This document shows positions 17,812-26,096 of a stretch of 64,000 bases of DNA, in pieces. A model generated the notes under the pieces. It did not search any database and was not told the origin of the DNA. It worked only from the letters and a program-made list of their open reading frames with translations. Source of the stretch: Thermoplasmata archaeon (GTDB lineage Archaea > Thermoplasmatota > Thermoplasmata > Lutacidiplasmatales > UBA184); the NCBI GenBank assembly GCA_021802125.1, contig JAKAAX010000003.1:81788-145787 (forward strand). Reading direction: 5' to 3'. Both the position numbers and the translations under genes were made by a program. Numbering within the stretch: position 1 is the first letter of the stretch; every line of letters begins with the position of its first letter.

Positions 17812-19319
17812 CCCGGGCTCCCGCGGGCCGAGGCCGACGAGCGGCGGCGGTCGACCGCCCGCGATCGTCCTGCGGGCGGGGCTCGGGGAGAGGCGGCACG
17901 CGTGGGGGAGGCGGCCCGGGGGGAAGGCTTCCGGCTCGGAGCCGCTCGCGGCTCCTCCCAGAGGGAACGCCCAACGGGGTCGGAGAGGTCCGGGCCCTCC
18001 GGCGGGATGCCGCGCATGTCGGAGAGGACCGCTCCGGCGAGGTAGACGCCCCCGACCGCGAGGAGGAGCCCCCGGTCCCCCACCGTCGCCCTTGCCATCG
18101 CGAGCGCTTCCTTCGCGTCCGGCGCCACGATGACCTTCGAGAACGCGGCCCGCGCGGCGATGTTCAGGTCCTTGATCGGAAGGGCCCGCTCGGTGGAGAG
18201 CGGGAAGACCACCGCCTGATGGGCCAGGACGGAGAGCTCGGCCAGCATCTCCCGGACGTGCTTGTCCGCGAGACAGGAGAAGAGGACCGTGCTCTCCTCC
18301 GGCAGGGCCTGGGGATGGAGGGCGCGCAGGGCGGCCACCACCTCGCTCGTGCTCTCCGGGGTGTGGGCCGCGTCGACGTAGGTCGGCGGGCGCCCGCCCA
18401 CGCGCTCGAGCCGGCCCGGCCAACGGGTCCGGGCGAGCCCGCGGCGAACGGCCTCGGGGGGGACGGAGAGGCCCGTCCCACGCGAGAAGAGCTGCAGGGC
18501 CGCGACGGCGAGCGCGGCGTTCCGGGCCTGGAAGGCGCCCAGGAGCGGCAGCCGGAGGTCTTCGAACCGGCCTCCCGGGGTCTCGATGCTCACGATCTGC
18601 CCCCGGTCGTCGCCCGCGCCGCTCGGCAGGAGCCGGACCTCCCGTCCGAGCTCCCAGAGGGGCACGCCCTGGCGGAACGCCTGGTGGCGCAGCTCCTCGA
18701 GCCCCGGGCCCTGGGAGGCGCCGGTCACACCCCAGGCCTTCGGGTGGAAGATCCCGGACTTCTCCCGCGCCACGTCCTGCAGGGTCGGGCCCAGGAGCTC
18801 CGTGTGCTCCAGCTCGAGGGTGGTGACCACCGCGACGGGAGCCTGCAGCACGTTCGTGGAGTCGAGCCGCCCTCCGAGCCCCACCTCGATCGCGGCGACC
18901 TCCACCCCCCGGCGGTGGAAAAGGTCGAACGCCCAGGCGGTGGTGACCTCGAAGAAGGTGGGGTCGCGGTCGAGCAGCCCCTTGCGCCGCACCTTCGCGA
19001 CGGCGTCGCGCACCCGCTGGAGCCCCACGACCAGGTCCTCGGGGGTGGCCATCTCCCCGTCGACCCGCGCGCGCTCCCTGAAGGAGAGCAGGTGGGGGGA
19101 GGTGTAGAGCCCCGTACGGTAGCCGGCCTCCTGGAGGACCGCGGCGCACATGGCCGCCGTCGAGCCCTTCCCCTTGCTTCCCGTGATGTGGATGGCCCGG
19201 AAGGAGCGGTGGGGGTCCCCGAGAGCCTTCAGCACCGCCGCCGTGGTCTCCGGCCCGGGCCTCGTTCCGAGGCGTTTCAGTCCCCAGAGGTACGAGAGGG
19301 CCTCCTGGAACTCCTTCAC
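17808..19319 (-). CDS. folC: Folylpolyglutamate synthase / dihydrofolate synthase (Mur-ligase family)
   Basis: P-loop ITGSKGKGST and EVGLGGRLDSTN. Low-complexity P/R/S-rich C-terminal tail. Confidence 0.85.
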   Translation of the reverse strand: MKEFQEALSYLWGLKRLGTRPGPETTAAVLKALGDPHRSFRAIHITGSKGKGSTAAMCAAVLQEAGYRTGLYTSPHLLSFRERARVDGEMATPEDLVVGLQRVRDAVAKVRRKGLLDRDPTFFEVTTAWAFDLFHRRGVEVAAIEVGLGGRLDSTNVLQAPVAVVTTLELEHTELLGPTLQDVAREKSGIFHPKAWGVTGASQGPGLEELRHQAFRQGVPLWELGREVRLLPSGAGDDRGQIVSIETPGGRFEDLRLPLLGAFQARNAALAVAALQLFSRGTGLSVPPEAVRRGLARTRWPGRLERVGGRPPTYVDAAHTPESTSEVVAALRALHPQALPEESTVLFSCLADKHVREMLAELSVLAHQAVVFPLSTERALPIKDLNIAARAAFSKVIVAPDAKEALAMARATVGDRGLLLAVGGVYLAGAVLSDMRGIPPEGPDLSDPVGRSLWEEPRAAPSRKPSPRAASPTRAASPRAPPAGRSRAVDRRRSSASARGSPG

Positions 19320-19362
19320 GGGCGGGCTCGACCTCGACGGTCGTTTGAGGCTTGCCGGAGGC

Positions 19363-22300
19363 TCAGCCGGTGGGGGGAGGGGCCGGAGGACCGCCTCCGG
19401 GACCGTACGGGCCGCTCGCAGGCGGGGCGCCCCAGTTGACCGCCGTCGGGGGAGCGCCGTAGCCGGGGTAGGGGGTCATCGCGGCGGGGGGAGGCGAGCC
19501 CTTCGACCGGCGACGGAGCAGGAGCGCCGCGACGACCGCGGCGACCACCGCGACGGCAATGATCGCGAGGAGCACGAGCGACAGGCCCTGGGACCCCTGC
19601 TGCTGGACCATCACGGCGGCCGTCACGTCCACCGGGAAGGGAGGGGCGCTCGTGGCGATCGACCCGGCCGAGTCGGTCACGGTGACCGTGACCTCGCAGG
19701 TGCACGCCGAGGCGTAGGTGTGGGTCGTGGTGTTCACGGAGGCCGTCGAAAGGGTCTGGCCGTCCCCGAAGGACCAGAAGTAGCTGTAGCTCCCGGTTCC
19801 CCCGGTCGCCTTGGCCCACAGGCTCGCGGGCGAACCGACGTGGACGCTCCCGGTCCCGCCCATCGTCACGACCAGCGGGGCGACGGAGGTGACCTTCACG
19901 CTGAGCGTCGCGGAGGTGGAGGAGACTCCCGCACTGTCCGTCGCCACCACCGTCACCGGGAACGTGCCGACGCTGGCGTAGCTGTGCGAGGGGTACTGCA
20001 GGGAGGAGGTCGCTCCATCCCCGAAGGTCCAGGCGAAGGTGTAGGGGGCCACTCCCCCCGAGCCGTTCACCGCGAAGTGCCCGGGGGCCCCCACCGTGAG
20101 AGCGGTCGGCCCCGTCGGGGAGGCGGTCACCGTGTACGGGTTCACCGTGATCGTGAGCGACGTGCCGGTGGCGACCGTCCCCTTCGAATCGGTCACCGTG
20201 AGGGTGGCCGAGTAGGTGCCGGTCGTCGCGTAGACGTGCGACGGGTTCTGCAGGAGCGACGGAGCGGACCCGTCGCCGAAGTTCCAGCTCCAGGTGTACG
20301 GGGCGACCCCGCCGTACCCCGTCCCGTTGAAGGTCACGGCGAGCGGGGCGGTCCCGGCCTGGGGTAGCGCGGAGGCGTTGACCAGGAGCGGGGCGGGCGT
20401 GACGGTCACGTTGAGGTAGGCGTAGGCCTTCACCGGCTGCTGGTCCGTGACCGCGACGACCACCGGGAAGGTCCCGGTCCGCAGGTAGGTGTGCGTGGGG
20501 GACTGGAGGGTGGAGGTGCCCCCGTCGCCGAACGTCCACGCCCAGGTGTAGGTGCCGAACCCTCCGGTCGCACCGCCCGTGAAGGTCACCGCGAGGGGCA
20601 CAGGTCCCGTGCCGACGGACGCGGTGGCGGTCGCGACGAGGAGCGGATAGTTCAGCACCGTGATGTTCGTGTAGGCGTAGGCGAGGTTCGACAGGCTGTC
20701 GGATATCCGCAGGACCACCGGGTACGTCCCCGAGACGTTGTAGATGTGGCTGGGGTCCTGCGCCTGGGACCCGAGAGAGCCGTCGCCGAAGCTCCAGAGG
20801 TAGGTGTAGGCGGGAGTGCCGCCGGTGTGGGCCGACGTGAAGCTCACCGTGAGGGGCTTCTGCCCCGTGGCCGGGGTCGCGACCAGGCTTGCGGTGAGCG
20901 GCGGCGAGGTGACAGTGATGTTCCAGGGCGTGGCCCCGACCGTCGCCGCGGCGCTGTCGGAGACGGTGAGGTTCACCTGGAACGTGCCCGTGCGGGTGTA
21001 CACGTGGGACGGGGAGGCGAGGACCGACGGGGTCGAGCCGTCGCCGAAGGTCCAGGTGTAGGTGTACGGGCCCGTTCCGCCGCTCACGGTGGAGGTGAAG
21101 TTCACGTGCAGCCAGGCGGTCCCGCTGGAGGAGGAAGGGACGAAGGAGGCCGACAGGGCCCCGGGGGTCCCTCGCGTCACGGTGACGCAGGGCGCCTTGG
21201 CCCAGCCCCCGTCGGTCGTCGCGGCGCTGTCCACGACCTCGACCGTCGCGCAGTAGGTCCCGGTGGCGTAGTAGGTGTGGATCCCCGTGGCGGTCTCGTT
21301 GTACCCGTAGCTGCCGTCGCCCCACTGGTAGGTGTACAGGTAGGGTGACGTCCCTCCGCTCACCGTCGTGCTGTACGTAACGGGGCTCCCGAGGGTGACC
21401 GTCGTGCTCGAGACGGCGAGCGTGGGCGCCAGCACGGTCCCTCCGATCTCCACCTGCTGCGGGAAGGACTGGGTCCAGTTCCCGTGGGCGTCCCAGACCT
21501 CGACGACCGGGAAGAACGTCCCGGTCCCGGTGTAGGTGTAGTTGAGCACCGACTGTGTGCTCCACTGCCCGGCGTAGAGGGTGGGAACGTAGTCGTAGCG
21601 GTACGGCGGGGTCCCGCCGACGACGGTGGTCGTGAACCGCTCCATCGCGGTGTTGCCGGGGGAAACGGTGAGGCTCGCGGTGAACGCACCCGGCTGCGGA
21701 GGCTGGCTCTGGTTCCGGAACAGGTCCGGGATGAGGTTGGCGATGTTCGGGCTGCCCATCCCGGAGTCCTGGTCCCAGGCTCGCCCCGCGGCGTAGCCGT
21801 TGTTCCCGACCAGGATGTCGTGGAAGTCCTTGGTGTAGTGCGAGGAGCGGAGGATCGAGTAGAGGGAGGGCCCCAGGAGCCCCAACCCCGTGCCGCCGTG
21901 CGCTTCGTCCGCGACGGCGGTGAGCCCGGCCCAGATCGGGGTCGCCTCGCTCGTCCCGTCGGAGGAGGAGGCCGCGACGTCCGGGGTCATCCGTTGGGTG
22001 CTCCCGGTGGGGATCCCCGGACCGTACTGCCAGAAGGGCTTGCCCCAGAGGGCGGGTCCGCCCCCGCCGTCGTCCCCGGCGTTCCCTCCGCAGTTCTTCC
22101 CGTTCCCGTTCGAGCCGACCTCTCCCCCGTAGGTGGTCCCGGAGGTGTTGAAGGCCGTTCCGCCGATGTCGGTCACGTACGCGTCGCTGGCGGGGTAGTC
22201 GGTGGTCAGGATGCCCGTCCCGTCGTACGCGCCGCAGTCCCCCGAGGCCGCGAACGGGCTGATGCCCTCCGCGACGGCCTCCGCGAAGACGGGGTGGAGG

Positions 22301-23457
22301 AACTCGTAGGAACCGTCCCAGGAGGCGTTGCAGGAGTAGAACGCAAGGCAGGGCGGTGGGAAGGCCGCCATCGTGCCGGAGTCGGGCTCGCCCCAGGACA
22401 TCGAGATCGTCTGGGTCACGTTGTGGGCCACCAGGAAGTCCACGGACTCGTAGACCGCGAGGGAGCTGTCGGAAGCGAAGGTGAGGTCGATCGTGGCCCC
22501 GGGGGCCATGGTGTCGACGACCTCGATGTCGAGCTGGGTCTCCCCGCCCCATCCGCTCGAGGAGGAGCTGTTGAGGTTCGCGGTGGTGCGCTCCGGGTAG
22601 AGGAAGTTGATCTTGGGGGTCGGAAGCCCGCATCCGGAGGCGAAGCCCGTGATGTCGCTCTGGGCCTGGGCCTGGGTGAAGCCGCTGTCGTAGGCGTCCA
22701 CGATCCCCACCGTGACCCCGGCGCCGTTGTCCGTGGCGAGCACGGGGGTCTCGTTGTACTGGCCCTCGAGCTGGGAGACGGTGTTCCCTCCTGGGAGGGA
22801 GCTGCAGGCGGCCGGGACCCCGGGGGGCGAAGGCGCGCGCAGGATCGGCGGGGCGGTGTCGAGCGGTTGGATCCCCATGTGGTTGGTGAACCCGGTGAGC
22901 CCCGAGATCCCCAGCCCGCGCGGAACGACGACGCTCGCGGCCGGCCCGTAGGCCTCCGACCCATCGGCGAGGCGATACCGGTCGAAGTGGGTGTGGAACG
23001 CGGCCCCGACGGAGGTCGACGGGCCCGAGATCGAGAACATCAGGTGGTCGGCGCTGGGGGTCGCCTGGAGCCCGTAGGAGGCGTAGTACTGCTGGACGGC
23101 CGAGACCTGGGCCGGGGTGGGGGAGAAGAGCGCGCGGTATTCGCTTGGGGTGAGGAAGTGGTGGTAGGAGGGGGAGCCCGGCGTGTAGAGGGTCTGGATG
23201 AGCTGGTCGACGGCGCCCGGGTCCTGCGGGGGCAACGAGACCCCCACGGTGATGGGGGTGGTGCCGGGCAGCACTCCCTGGTCGACCGAGCCGGGGAAGG
23301 ATTGCACGAAGGAGGGAAGCATCGCCTCCATGGCCCCCTGCAGCGGCTCCTCGACGGGCGCGAGGAAGTTCGGAGCTCCCGGGAAGACGACGGGGAGTGC
23401 GGCCAGGACGACGAGGCACACGGTGAAGCCGGTCAGGGCCGAGCGGAGGGGGCGCAT
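19363..23457 (-). CDS. Secreted S53 (sedolisin/kumamolisin-type) peptidase with about 8 PKD-like domains and a C-terminal TM anchor
   Basis: Signal peptide, then a pro-kumamolisin-like propeptide. Catalytic motifs are SGWGGETQLDIE, AASGDCGA and GTSEATPIWAG. WxFGDG repeats follow, then a TM helix and a P/G-rich cytoplasmic tail. Confidence 0.85.
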   Translation of the reverse strand: MRPLRSALTGFTVCLVVLAALPVVFPGAPNFLAPVEEPLQGAMEAMLPSFVQSFPGSVDQGVLPGTTPITVGVSLPPQDPGAVDQLIQTLYTPGSPSYHHFLTPSEYRALFSPTPAQVSAVQQYYASYGLQATPSADHLMFSISGPSTSVGAAFHTHFDRYRLADGSEAYGPAASVVVPRGLGISGLTGFTNHMGIQPLDTAPPILRAPSPPGVPAACSSLPGGNTVSQLEGQYNETPVLATDNGAGVTVGIVDAYDSGFTQAQAQSDITGFASGCGLPTPKINFLYPERTTANLNSSSSSGWGGETQLDIEVVDTMAPGATIDLTFASDSSLAVYESVDFLVAHNVTQTISMSWGEPDSGTMAAFPPPCLAFYSCNASWDGSYEFLHPVFAEAVAEGISPFAASGDCGAYDGTGILTTDYPASDAYVTDIGGTAFNTSGTTYGGEVGSNGNGKNCGGNAGDDGGGGPALWGKPFWQYGPGIPTGSTQRMTPDVAASSSDGTSEATPIWAGLTAVADEAHGGTGLGLLGPSLYSILRSSHYTKDFHDILVGNNGYAAGRAWDQDSGMGSPNIANLIPDLFRNQSQPPQPGAFTASLTVSPGNTAMERFTTTVVGGTPPYRYDYVPTLYAGQWSTQSVLNYTYTGTGTFFPVVEVWDAHGNWTQSFPQQVEIGGTVLAPTLAVSSTTVTLGSPVTYSTTVSGGTSPYLYTYQWGDGSYGYNETATGIHTYYATGTYCATVEVVDSAATTDGGWAKAPCVTVTRGTPGALSASFVPSSSSGTAWLHVNFTSTVSGGTGPYTYTWTFGDGSTPSVLASPSHVYTRTGTFQVNLTVSDSAAATVGATPWNITVTSPPLTASLVATPATGQKPLTVSFTSAHTGGTPAYTYLWSFGDGSLGSQAQDPSHIYNVSGTYPVVLRISDSLSNLAYAYTNITVLNYPLLVATATASVGTGPVPLAVTFTGGATGGFGTYTWAWTFGDGGTSTLQSPTHTYLRTGTFPVVVAVTDQQPVKAYAYLNVTVTPAPLLVNASALPQAGTAPLAVTFNGTGYGGVAPYTWSWNFGDGSAPSLLQNPSHVYATTGTYSATLTVTDSKGTVATGTSLTITVNPYTVTASPTGPTALTVGAPGHFAVNGSGGVAPYTFAWTFGDGATSSLQYPSHSYASVGTFPVTVVATDSAGVSSTSATLSVKVTSVAPLVVTMGGTGSVHVGSPASLWAKATGGTGSYSYFWSFGDGQTLSTASVNTTTHTYASACTCEVTVTVTDSAGSIATSAPPFPVDVTAAVMVQQQGSQGLSLVLLAIIAVAVVAAVVAALLLRRRSKGSPPPAAMTPYPGYGAPPTAVNWGAPPASGPYGPGGGPPAPPPTG
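19618..21690 (-). repeat. Array of about 8 diverged tandem PKD-domain coding repeats (about 85 aa each)
   Basis: Recurrent motif PYTYxWxFGDGS...HxYxxxGTFxVxxxVTDSxG. Confidence 0.8.
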
Positions 23458-23550
23458 CGCTCCGTCTGACCGACGCGTGCTATTTTAGCGCATGGTCGGG
23501 CGGCGCGGCCCCGTCCCCCGGAGCGTAGGGGGGTTGCGAACCGCGGAGTC

Positions 23551-23612
23551 GGGGGCGGAAGCGAGAGCGAGAGAGAGCGAGGGAGAGAGGGAGAGAGAGG
23601 GAGAGCGCGAGG
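23551..23612. repeat. GA-rich (minus strand CT-rich) low-complexity tract
   Basis: GAGAG/GGGAGAG runs between the mcm stop and the peptidase start. Confidence 0.8.
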
Positions 23613-23618
23613 CGCGGG

Positions 23619-25346
23619 TCAGTACATCGCGCGCTCGCGGTACGGTCCGAAGACCTCCTGCAGCGCGACGACGATCTCCCCGAGCGTCGCCTTGGCCTTC
23701 ACCGCGTCCAGGATGGGGGGCATGGTGTTGCCGGTCTCGGTCGCGGCGACCTTCTTCAGCCGGTCCAGCGAGGCCTCCCACTTCTTCTTGTCGCGCGAGG
23801 CGCGCAGCCGCGCCAGCCGCCGGGACTGCGCTTCACGCGCCTCCTCGGTGATGCGGAGCGGGGGCACCGAGACGGAGCCCTCGACCTTGTAGGCGTTCAC
23901 GCCCACGATCTTCCGCTCGCCCTGCTCCACCTGGCGCTGGAACTTGAAGGACGCCTCCTGGATCTCGCGCTGGAAGAACCCGCGCTCGATCCCCGCCACG
24001 ACGCCGCCCATCGCGTCCACCTGGTCGAAGTAGCGGTTCGCCTCCTCCTCCATGCGGTCGGTGAGCCACTCGACGTAGTACGAGCCTCCGAACGGGTCCA
24101 CCCAGTCGGTGACCCCGCTCTCCTCCGCGATGATCTGCTGGGTCCGGAGCGCGATGCGGACCGCGTCCTCCGTGGGGAGCTGCAGGGCCTCGTCGTAGGA
24201 GTTCGTGTGCAGCGACTGCGTGCCGCCCAGGACCCCGGCGAGCGCCTGGAGCGCCGTCCGCACGATGTTGAGCTCCGGCTGCTGCGCCGTGCACGAGCAG
24301 CCGGCGGTCTGGGTGTGGAAGCGCATCCACCAGGAGCGCTCCTTCTTCGCCCCGTACCGCCCGCGCATCCGTTCGGCCCAGATGCGGCGCGCCGCCCGGA
24401 ACTTCGCGATCTCCTCGAAGAAGTCGGTGTGGGAGTTGAAGAAGAAGGAGATGCGGGGAGCGAACTCGTCGATGTCGAGCCCGCGCTTGACCGCCTCCTC
24501 GACGTAGGCGAAGCCGTCGGCCAGCGTGAAGGCGAGCTCCTGGACCGCGGTCGAGCCCGCCTCCCGGATGTGGTAGCCCGAGACCGAGATCGGGTTCCAG
24601 CGCGGCATGTTCTCGGTCGCGAACTCCACCGTGTCCGTGACCAGGCGCAAGGCCGGGCGCGGGGGGAAGAGGAACTCCTTCTGCGCGATGTACTCCTTCA
24701 GGATGTCGTTCTGCGTCGTGCCGCCCAGGGCGCCCATCGGCGTCCCGTGGGACTCCGCCGTCGCGATGTACATCGCCCAGACGATCGACGCGGGGGCGTT
24801 GATGGTCATCGAGGTCGTGACCTGCTCGAGCGGGATGCCCTTCAGCAGGCGGACCATGTCCTCGAGCGAGGAGACGTTCACCCCGCACTTCCCCACCTCC
24901 CCCAGGGCCTCCTTGTGGTCGGCGTCGATGCCGTAGAGGGTGGGGTCGTCGAACGCGATGGAGAGCCCGCTCTCTCCGTGCTTCAGCAGGTAGTGGAACC
25001 GGCGGTTCGTGTCCTCCGGGGTGCCGAACCCCGCGAACATCCGCATGGACCAGACGCGGCCCTTGTACATCGTGGAGTGCACCCCGCGAAGGTACGGGTA
25101 CTGCCCGGGGAACCCGATCCGCTCGAAGGGGCGGCGGGAGTTGACCGGGGTGTAGAGCCGCTCGATCGGCACCCAGGAGAGGTTCTCGAAGCGGTCGCGG
25201 CGCTCCGGGCCCTTCTGGAGGGCGGGTCGCAGGGTCTCCTCCTCCCAGTTCCGCTCCGCCTGCGCGAGCGGGGCGAGCTCGGGGGGGACCTTCGCGGAGC
25301 GCTCCGCGGGGGGCGTCGTCGGAACCGAGGCCTTCGTCCCCGCCAT
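23619..25346 (-). CDS. Methylmalonyl-CoA mutase, large catalytic (N-terminal) subunit
   Basis: Motifs GQYPYLRGVHSTMY, MRMFAGFGTPEDTN and GLSIAFDDPTLYG. No B12-binding domain is fused, as is usual in archaea. Confidence 0.9.
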   Translation of the reverse strand: MAGTKASVPTTPPAERSAKVPPELAPLAQAERNWEEETLRPALQKGPERRDRFENLSWVPIERLYTPVNSRRPFERIGFPGQYPYLRGVHSTMYKGRVWSMRMFAGFGTPEDTNRRFHYLLKHGESGLSIAFDDPTLYGIDADHKEALGEVGKCGVNVSSLEDMVRLLKGIPLEQVTTSMTINAPASIVWAMYIATAESHGTPMGALGGTTQNDILKEYIAQKEFLFPPRPALRLVTDTVEFATENMPRWNPISVSGYHIREAGSTAVQELAFTLADGFAYVEEAVKRGLDIDEFAPRISFFFNSHTDFFEEIAKFRAARRIWAERMRGRYGAKKERSWWMRFHTQTAGCSCTAQQPELNIVRTALQALAGVLGGTQSLHTNSYDEALQLPTEDAVRIALRTQQIIAEESGVTDWVDPFGGSYYVEWLTDRMEEEANRYFDQVDAMGGVVAGIERGFFQREIQEASFKFQRQVEQGERKIVGVNAYKVEGSVSVPPLRITEEAREAQSRRLARLRASRDKKKWEASLDRLKKVAATETGNTMPPILDAVKAKATLGEIVVALQEVFGPYRERAMY

Positions 25347-25412
25347 CGGGAGAGGGACCGTCCCGAGGGCAAAAAAAGGTGGCGTCAGGGGGTCGTCGGA
25401 CCCTTCAGAGCC

Positions 25413-26096
25413 TCAGCGCGTCCAGCGGGCCCCGTCGATCACCCAGGTCGAGGCGCTCCCGCGGGTCTCCACGTGGCTCGACAGGACCGAGATCCTTCCG
25501 CGGAAGAAGGGGGCCCCGATGACGAAGGTCTCGTACTCCCCTCCCTCTCCAGCGAGGTTGAACTCCCGGATCGACCTCGAGCGCTCCCGGAGGGTTCCCA
25601 GGACCTTCTCGTCCAGTCGCTGGCCCAGGAGCTCCGGGCCGAGCGCCTCCGTCGCCACGTGGGCGATGCGGATGTCGAGGCCGCTCGAGATCTCCTCCTC
25701 CACGACCCGGGCGGGGTCCACCCTCCAGAGCGGAGCGAACACGGAGAGCCCGAGGTCGTGGGCGACGCGGTGGAGCCGTGCCCACTGGTAGGAGGACCCG
25801 ACGGCCCCCGCGCAGACCCCCTTGAGCCCGGCCTTCTTCAACGGTTCGAGCGCGATCTCGAGCGCCTCGAGCTCGGCCTCCTCGCCGGTCCCCTCGACCG
25901 GCACCCTTCGGAGCCGTTTCTTCCAGGCCTGCGCGAGGAGCGGCACCCACCGGAGGTTCGGGGTGTGGAACATCCAGGCGTCCGGCTCCGAGGGCTCGAG
26001 CGTGATGAGCTCCTCGACGGTCCAGCCCCAGTTCTCCAGGAGGGACGCGGCGTGGAGGGAGTCCTTGCCTCCGGAGAGCAGGGCCGCGACCTTCAC
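25413..26096 (-). CDS. PP-loop ATPase of the diphthine-ammonia ligase (MJ0570/Dph6-like) family
   Basis: N-terminus VKVAALLSGGKDS and EGGEYETFV near the C-terminus. GTGA overlap with the purL stop. Confidence 0.75.
   Translation of the reverse strand: MKVAALLSGGKDSLHAASLLENWGWTVEELITLEPSEPDAWMFHTPNLRWVPLLAQAWKKRLRRVPVEGTGEEAELEALEIALEPLKKAGLKGVCAGAVGSSYQWARLHRVAHDLGLSVFAPLWRVDPARVVEEEISSGLDIRIAHVATEALGPELLGQRLDEKVLGTLRERSRSIREFNLAGEGGEYETFVIGAPFFRGRISVLSSHVETRGSASTWVIDGARWTR

Noticed and set aside
19618-21690. Periodic repeats that might be mistaken for a CRISPR or other non-coding array
   Set aside because: The period is about 255 nt and lies in-frame inside one long ORF. The units are diverged PKD protein domains, not short identical direct repeats separated by spacers.
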